Assembly (NCBI GenBank): GCA_036396895.1
Contig: DASWKB010000038.1
Span: forward strand, 13,145 to 77,144
Length of the DNA: 64,000 nt
Origin: a bacterium
GTDB lineage: Bacteria; Omnitrophota; Gorgyraeia; Aquiviventales; Aquiviventaceae
Direction of reading: 5' to 3'
The notes under the pieces were generated by a model that saw nothing but the letters and a program-made list of their open reading frames with translations, was not told the origin of the DNA and did not search any database. This document shows positions 58,199-64,000 of this stretch, piece after piece. The number at the start of each line of letters is the position of its first letter. Position 1 is the stretch's first letter. The translations under genes and the position numbers were made by a program.

Positions 58199-58372
58199 GG
58201 GGATGACCATGAGAGCATGAGAAGGTAGAAGATGGAGGGTGGAGGGTGGAAGAGAGAAGATGGAAGGTGGAGGGTAGAAGGTAGAAGGTAGAAGATAGAA
58301 GGTAGAGTTATATTGTCATTTGTACTTTCTATCTTCTACCTTCTATCTTCTACCTTCTCACGGTCATCCCCA
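58199..58372. repeat. Octamer-array hairpin element, GGTAGAAG/GGTGGAGG family
   Basis: Terminal inverted repeats ggggatgaccatgaga / tctcacggtcatcccc enclose (ggtagaag/ggtggagg)n, an AT-rich loop (ttatattgtcatttgtac), then (cttctacc/cttctatc)n. Confidence 0.7.
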
Positions 58373-58399
58373 CATCCGCGCCCCCCGGCCCAATCGTGA

Positions 58400-59884
58400 T
58401 CAGAACTGCTTCTTATACTTGAGAAACACCTCATCCAGCGGCGACGCCTTCGATTCGTTCGCCGCCGGGTCCGTGGTAACCGGCGTGGGGCGGACGTCCT
58501 TCTCGCCTTCGAGGGAGACCGAAGAGGTGCCGTCGAGCCGGTATTCCGCGCCCAGCCTGTGCGTGGTGGTCGGGGGCTGGAGCGAGGTCTCGGCCTGGGT
58601 CTGTTCGACCCCGTAGGTCGCCTTGAGTTTCCTGGTCACCGATGTCTCCACCTCGACCCCGCGAACGCCTTCGTCGTGTTTGAGCGCGACCGCGTCGATC
58701 CCGAGGCGCTGCGCCACGCGCCCGCCGAGTCCGCCGAAGAGGAAATAATCGATGAACTCGGAGGCGAGCTCTGGCGTCACCCGCCCCTCGGTGAGCGCCG
58801 TGGTGACTCCCCGCCACTCCTTCCCGGTCCCCAGCATGACGAGCAAGACCCCCTGCGGCTTCGGCGGCACCGAACTCAGCCGGAGGTCGGGCTTCTCCGG
58901 CGTGCCGCGCAGGCGGACCGTAATGGTGGTGTCGGCGATGCGCGCGGTCCCTTCCACATCCATCACCGGGCGCGTCGGCTCTCCCGCAAACTCCAGCCGG
59001 CTGTTTCGAAGCCGGAGCGCCGTCTGCCTGACCAGCGCTCCGCCGCCGGTCAGCTCGACAATCCCCCGCAGACCCGGCGGGGTCTTCGTCGTGTCAACGG
59101 CCAGGCGCAGCGTGACCGGCGCCTCGGTGACGGCGACCGGGCGGTGCGCGAGCCGCTCGATGTGCAGCCGGCCCATCACCACCGGCTCCCTGAGCGTGCC
59201 GGCGAGGCGGACATCGACGTCCCGAACGAGCCCCGTGACGCCCGGCAGCTTGTCTCCGGTGCCGATGAAGTCCAACACCTGCCGGACGGAGACCGTCTTC
59301 GAATAGACCCAGCCGTCCAGGCGGCCGTCCTCGATGGTCGCGGACACGACGACCGGCTCGGCTCCCGGCAGCCGGATGCGCGCGTTCTGCACAACCCGGA
59401 CCGAGTCGAGCGAGAGCGGCCACTCCAGATCGAGCCGCTGGATCTCGATGTCGGCCTCCTGAGGCAGCCCCCGCACGCCGCGCAGTCGCACGCCCGCAAG
59501 CGACACGCGGGATCCCGGCGAGCCGCTCGCCTCGCTCGCGGTGAACTCCCGCACGACGCCCGGCACATGCAGCGAGAGGTCCCGCATGGCGAATTGCACC
59601 GGCTTGCCCCCGCCGAGCAAACCGGTCGCCGCCAGATTCCCGACACCGATCTGCGACCCCGACGGCAGCGGCCCGGGCCCCTCGATGGCGAGCCCCTGCA
59701 GCGTCATCCCGTCCTGCAGCGTGCCCTGCGTGCCGGCGAGCTCGACGCGTGTCGCGTCCACCTGCCACGCGAGCCACAATCTGATGAGCGCCGACGATCC
59801 CGCGTTCGTCGCGACCGCGGCATACGCGCCGCCGGCCATGACGATGAGCCCCGCAAGTCCGAGCCAACCCAAGCGGCGTCTCAT
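58400..59884 (-). CDS. TamB/AsmA-like (DUF490) protein with N-terminal membrane anchor
   Basis: [24 protein letters not shown] anchor; the C-terminal region …[26 protein letters not shown]… resembles the TamB C-terminal domain. ATGA overlap with treY. Confidence 0.45.
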   Translation of the reverse strand: MRRRLGWLGLAGLIVMAGGAYAAVATNAGSSALIRLWLAWQVDATRVELAGTQGTLQDGMTLQGLAIEGPGPLPSGSQIGVGNLAATGLLGGGKPVQFAMRDLSLHVPGVVREFTASEASGSPGSRVSLAGVRLRGVRGLPQEADIEIQRLDLEWPLSLDSVRVVQNARIRLPGAEPVVVSATIEDGRLDGWVYSKTVSVRQVLDFIGTGDKLPGVTGLVRDVDVRLAGTLREPVVMGRLHIERLAHRPVAVTEAPVTLRLAVDTTKTPPGLRGIVELTGGGALVRQTALRLRNSRLEFAGEPTRPVMDVEGTARIADTTITVRLRGTPEKPDLRLSSVPPKPQGVLLVMLGTGKEWRGVTTALTEGRVTPELASEFIDYFLFGGLGGRVAQRLGIDAVALKHDEGVRGVEVETSVTRKLKATYGVEQTQAETSLQPPTTTHRLGAEYRLDGTSSVSLEGEKDVRPTPVTTDPAANESKASPLDEVFLKYKKQF

Positions 59885-62817
59885 CGCGATGCACCTTCTT
59901 CCGGCGCCGCCTCGCCCTCCAGGATCGCCACCGGCAGGTGCCGGAACACGGCGGCGAGCCTGAGCCCGTGCAGCCATGTGACGGGCGCGCTCTCGATGGT
60001 CTCCCCCGTCAGGACGCTGCGCCACCGGTGCGGCGCGCCTCCGGGCAAGAGCAGCGTGTCGGACCCCCACACCGGCTGCCCGACCGGAAACGGATGCGTG
60101 CCCGCCAACCGCGAGGCGAGCCTGGGCACCGCGGCAAGCACCCAGTGCGGCCCGTGAGACCTGACGAACGCGAACACATGCGCGCGATGGGTGCCGAGCG
60201 CCTCCAGCGGCCGGTACTGGCCGGCGCCCAGCGCGTCGCGCCGACGCTGCCTGAGCTCGAGCCCTTGCCGGATGAGCAGCAGCTTGATCGCGCCGGTCTC
60301 CCAGCGCGCCAAGAGCGCCTTGGCGGACGCCTTCAGCCGCTCCGAATCCTGCGCCGGGGGTAGCGCCGCCAGCTCCGACGCCCGGCGCGCGAAATCGACC
60401 GGCCGTCGGTTGTCCGGATCGACGAGGCTGTCATCCCAGAGCTCGGTGCCCTGATAAAAATCCGGCGCGCCGGGCGCGCAGAGCTTGACCGCCGTCTGGG
60501 CCAGCGAGTTGACCGCCCCGAGGCGACCGACGACGCCAGCCAGGCGCGCGACATCAGCCAGGAAGGGCTGCTCCTCCCCGGGCGTCAACACGGTCCGGAC
60601 GAACCGCGTGAGGACCTCCTCATAGGCGGCGTCCGGGTTGATCCAGCTCGTCCTGAGCTTGGCTTCGCGGACCGCCTTCGTCATGTACGCCGAGAGGCGG
60701 TCCGCGTAGTCCGGCGCCACGGCGGCGCCGCGGGCGCCGGCGGGCCAGGTGCCCAGCAGGGTCTGGTAGAACAGGGACTGCTCCTCCGGCCCCGGGACCG
60801 GGTCGCCGTCGACGACGCCGATGAGCTCCCGGTGCCACGCGCGCCAGCGCGTGAGCGCGTCTTCCCACTCATCCGGCATCTCCGAGAGCGCGTTCAGCCG
60901 CGCCCGGATGTCTTCGCTGCGCTTCGTGTCGTGCGTCGAGGTCGCCGAGAGCCCGTACGGCCAGCGCTCCGCCCGCTCGGCGAGCCGCTGGTGCGCGGCC
61001 TCGGGCGCGACGACGCCGTGCGCGGGCTCGCCGCCCACCTCATTGAGGGATCCGAGCGGGCAGAGGCGGTAGAACGCGGTGTCTTCCACGCCTTTGGCGG
61101 CGACCGGCGCCGTCAACTGCTGCAGGCGGAGCACGAACACCCGCCGCTGGGCGCGCTGCGCCTCGGTCAGCCCGTCGGGATCCTCCAGCAGGAGCACGGA
61201 CCTGATGAACTCGAACACGGACGCGCTCATCTCGGGATTGCGGCGCTTCGCCGCGTGGACGGCGGCGAGGATCGCCTGCGTGCCTTCCTCGTGCACCTCG
61301 GCCGCGCCGGCCCGGATGTACGTCCGGTACACCGGAAAGCACGCGATGACCTCCCGCAGGGCCGCGTGCAGGCTCGCAAGCGTGAAATCGCGCGACCAGC
61401 GATGCTGCTCGGAGATCCGGTCGAGCCGCCGGGCCAAGACGTGGAGCTCGCTCGCCATCGCCACCTCGAGCAGCGCCCTGCGGCTCTGATAATAGACGTC
61501 GCCGAAGTTCACCGGGCGCCCGGTCGCCGCGGCGTAGATCTCCTTGAGCCGCGTCCAGCCGGCGGCATCGACGAACAGCCCGTTGACCAGATTGAGGAAT
61601 TCATAGCCGGTCGTGCCGTGAACCGGCCACTCCGCGCGCAGGCGCTCCCGCGGCCCGAGGATCTTCTCGACGACGATGTAGCCCGCCCGGTCTCCGGCCG
61701 CGCCCGGCGCCAGGTGCCCGCCCTCCTCGAGGGCGCGCCGGCAGGCGTCCTGCAGCGCATGCAGGTACTGCTCGGGGTCGTACAGGCCGTCGGGGTGGTC
61801 GACCCGCAGGCCGTGCACGTAGCCGGCGCGGATCAGCTCGAGCACGAGGCTGTGGACGACCTGGAACACCTCCGGCTCCTCCACCCGCACGGCCGCGAGC
61901 TCATTGATGTCGAAGAACCGCCGGTAGTTGATCTCATCGGCCGCGACCCGCCAGTGCGCGAGCCGGTACGCCTGATCGGCGAGCAGGGCCTCGAGCCGGT
62001 CGAAGCTCTCCGGCTTCCCGGGCACGCCGTTGAGCGATTCGAGAACGCGCTCGAGCTCCCGCGACAGGTCCGGCGCCGCGCCGAGCAGCGCCGCGAGGTG
62101 CCGCTTCAGGACCGATTGCTCCCGGTGGCGCTCCCGGTTCCGCTCGGGATCGGTCTCGGTCCGCGGCGGCAGATTCCCCAGCCCGGTCAGGATGCGCTCC
62201 AGCTCCGCCAGCACCCGGTCGCTCTCGCCGAGGGCCGGACGAACGCCGTCTCGCAGCGGCTCAAGGATCCGCGCCCACGTGCGCGGGGCGAGCGGGAACC
62301 GCCGTCCGCGGTACCGGACGGCGAACGCCCCGTCCTCGTAGACGACCACGAGCTCTCCGCTCTCCAGCACCCGCCCGTACTGGTCGCCCAACACCGGCAG
62401 GAGCACCTTGTGCGCCAGGTCCGGCTTCGGGGGCGTCCAGTCGATGTCGAACATCTTCGACTCGGGCGAGCTGGACCCGTTCTCCAGCACGTCCTGCCAC
62501 CACCGGTTGGCCTCATCGCTGATGTCCATGTGGTTCGGCACGACATCGAGGATGAGCCCCATGCCGTGCCGCTTCAAGGTCTCGACCAGCCGGCCGAACT
62601 CCTCCATCGTGCCCAGTTCCGGATTCAGCATGGTGTGGTCCGTCACGTCGTAGCCGTGGCGACTGCCGGGACGGGCGCGGAACACGGGAGAGGCGTAGAG
62701 GTCGCTGATGCCCAGGTCGTGCAGGTAGGACACGAGCGCCGTCGCGTCCCGGAACCTGAAGGCGCGGGAGAACTGGACCCGGTACGTCGCCAGCGGCGCA
62801 TAGAGCGGCGCGATCAT
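59881..62817 (-). CDS. treY: Malto-oligosyltrehalose synthase (GH13)
   Basis: [60 protein letters not shown]; 978 aa. Confidence 0.85.
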   Translation of the reverse strand: MIAPLYAPLATYRVQFSRAFRFRDATALVSYLHDLGISDLYASPVFRARPGSRHGYDVTDHTMLNPELGTMEEFGRLVETLKRHGMGLILDVVPNHMDISDEANRWWQDVLENGSSSPESKMFDIDWTPPKPDLAHKVLLPVLGDQYGRVLESGELVVVYEDGAFAVRYRGRRFPLAPRTWARILEPLRDGVRPALGESDRVLAELERILTGLGNLPPRTETDPERNRERHREQSVLKRHLAALLGAAPDLSRELERVLESLNGVPGKPESFDRLEALLADQAYRLAHWRVAADEINYRRFFDINELAAVRVEEPEVFQVVHSLVLELIRAGYVHGLRVDHPDGLYDPEQYLHALQDACRRALEEGGHLAPGAAGDRAGYIVVEKILGPRERLRAEWPVHGTTGYEFLNLVNGLFVDAAGWTRLKEIYAAATGRPVNFGDVYYQSRRALLEVAMASELHVLARRLDRISEQHRWSRDFTLASLHAALREVIACFPVYRTYIRAGAAEVHEEGTQAILAAVHAAKRRNPEMSASVFEFIRSVLLLEDPDGLTEAQRAQRRVFVLRLQQLTAPVAAKGVEDTAFYRLCPLGSLNEVGGEPAHGVVAPEAAHQRLAERAERWPYGLSATSTHDTKRSEDIRARLNALSEMPDEWEDALTRWRAWHRELIGVVDGDPVPGPEEQSLFYQTLLGTWPAGARGAAVAPDYADRLSAYMTKAVREAKLRTSWINPDAAYEEVLTRFVRTVLTPGEEQPFLADVARLAGVVGRLGAVNSLAQTAVKLCAPGAPDFYQGTELWDDSLVDPDNRRPVDFARRASELAALPPAQDSERLKASAKALLARWETGAIKLLLIRQGLELRQRRRDALGAGQYRPLEALGTHRAHVFAFVRSHGPHWVLAAVPRLASRLAGTHPFPVGQPVWGSDTLLLPGGAPHRWRSVLTGETIESAPVTWLHGLRLAAVFRHLPVAILEGEAAPEEGASR

Positions 62818-62821
62818 CGCC

Positions 62822-64000
62822 TCATGCCTCCTCGGCGAAGACGGCGCACTGATACGGCGCCAGGGGCCACTGCGCCGCGCCGGGCGCGGCGTCCTCCGGC
62901 ACGGCGCTGCCCGGCCCGGCCCAGCGCCACTCGGCGCTGTCGAGGCGCTTCCGCCACCGGCCCGGGGGGACCGGAACGCCGCGGACGGCCGGCTGAGCGC
63001 CGAAATGAAACATGAGGAACACCGATGAGCCGGGCGCTCCGCGGCGCGCGAGGAACAGCCGCGCCGCCTCCTCGACGGTGACGGCCAGGCCGTCGCGATC
63101 GGCGCGGGCCAGCGCCGGATGCGCCCGCCTGAGCGCCAGCGCCTCCCGGTAGAACTCGCGCAGCGCCCGGTGCCGGCCCTCGAGCGCCGGCGCCGGCGTC
63201 AACCGGGAGCGCCGGAAGGTGTCCTCCGCCTGGGGATCGGGCGGGCTCGCCTGCCAGCCGAACGCCGCGAACTCGCGCGAGCGCCCCTGCCGAACCGCCT
63301 CGATGAGCCCGGGATCGCCGTGCTCGATGAAATACAGAAACGGCGCCGTCTCCCCGTACTCCTCGCCCATGAAGAGGAGCGGAATGCCCGGCGCGAACAG
63401 CACCATGCCCGCCGCCAGCTTCAGCGCGTCGAACGGCGCGAGCGCGCTGAGCCGCTCGCCCAGCATGCGGTTGCCGACCTGGTCGTGGTTCTGCGAGAAG
63501 ATGACGAACCGGTCCGCCCCGCACGCGCGCGCGGGCGCGCCGTGCCGCCGGCCCCGGAACGCGGAGTGCCGCCCCGCGTACACATAGCCCTCCCGCCAGG
63601 CGCTCGCCAGATCCTCCAGCGTCCCGAAGTCCCGGTAATACCCCTGCCGCTCGCCGGTGAGCAGCGCGTGCAGGGCGTGGTGGAAGTCGTCGTTCCACTG
63701 GGCATCGAGCCCCCAGCCGCCGAGCTCGGCGGGCCGGATCGCCCGGGGATCGTTGAGGTCGCTTTCGGGGATCACGTGCACGGCGCGGCCGGCTCGTCCG
63801 GCCTCCGCATGCACCGCCGCTCCCAGCTCGGCGAGGAACGGCCTGGCGCTGACATCGAAGATGCCGTGGATGGCGTCCAGCCGGAGCGCGTCGACGTGGA
63901 AGTCCCGGACCCAGCCGAGGGCGTTCTCGATGAAGTACCGGCGCACCTCGTCGCTGCCCGGCCCGTCGAAGTTGATCGCCGCGCCCCAGGGACCCCGGTA
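62822..64000 (-). CDS. treZ: Malto-oligosyltrehalose trehalohydrolase (GH13), partial; the N-terminus lies beyond the window end
   Basis: …[14 protein letters not shown]… (catalytic Asp region) and the typical TreZ C-terminal domain. The reading frame is open to the window edge. Confidence 0.8.
   Translation of the reverse strand, partial: YRGPWGAAINFDGPGSDEVRRYFIENALGWVRDFHVDALRLDAIHGIFDVSARPFLAELGAAVHAEAGRAGRAVHVIPESDLNDPRAIRPAELGGWGLDAQWNDDFHHALHALLTGERQGYYRDFGTLEDLASAWREGYVYAGRHSAFRGRRHGAPARACGADRFVIFSQNHDQVGNRMLGERLSALAPFDALKLAAGMVLFAPGIPLLFMGEEYGETAPFLYFIEHGDPGLIEAVRQGRSREFAAFGWQASPPDPQAEDTFRRSRLTPAPALEGRHRALREFYREALALRRAHPALARADRDGLAVTVEEAARLFLARRGAPGSSVFLMFHFGAQPAVRGVPVPPGRWRKRLDSAEWRWAGPGSAVPEDAAPGAAQWPLAPYQCAVFAEEA

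Overview
This is a high-GC (about 70%) bacterial chromosomal segment. Almost every gene runs on the minus strand; the one clear plus-strand gene is an inositol-3-phosphate synthase. Most long plus-strand ORFs in the track are Arg/Ala/Pro-rich antisense artefacts of GC-rich coding sequence. In the order the genes run along the minus strand (right to left in coordinates), the content is: (1) a trehalose synthesis pair, treZ (partial) and treY, followed by a TamB/DUF490-like protein. (2) A ferredoxin-type sulfite/nitrite reductase, then a radical-SAM/SPASM enzyme coupled to a small Cys-rich ORF, an NnrS-like membrane protein, a hemerythrin-DUF1858 protein and an ArsR regulator. (3) hemA. (4) A large multiheme cytochrome and respiratory cluster: a monoheme/Ca-motif cytochrome and its tandem paralog, an outer-membrane beta-barrel, Rieske protein, cytochrome b, a 9-heme cytochrome, an ImcH-like 7-heme cytochrome, a CbcL-like 11-heme cytochrome fused to cytochrome b, the System II cytochrome c maturation genes ccsB and ccsA, and two Crp/Fnr regulators. 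(5) A second hemerythrin-DUF1858 protein, a CBS protein, pckA and a secreted protein. (6) One long operon: pyruvate:ferredoxin oxidoreductase (PFOR), a dihydroorotate-dehydrogenase-like (DHOD-like) protein, a group 3b NiFe sulfhydrogenase (beta, gamma, small and large subunits, with a standalone cNMP-binding protein inserted), the maturation protease, a hypA-hypF in-frame fusion, hypC, hypD and hypE, then acetyl-CoA synthetase. (7) A VIT-family transporter, a CydA-like protein with a C-terminal cytochrome c domain plus a membrane partner, and a long TPR protein. (8) An asparaginase-family protein, an Nfu-type Fe-S scaffold, an AI-2E transporter, a hemD-hemE fusion and hemY (partial). The most unusual sequence-level feature is a set of at least three families of intergenic hairpin elements, each built from tandem 7-8 bp units arranged as inverted repeats, with six copies in this window. 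I found no tRNA, rRNA, CRISPR array, transposase or integrase.
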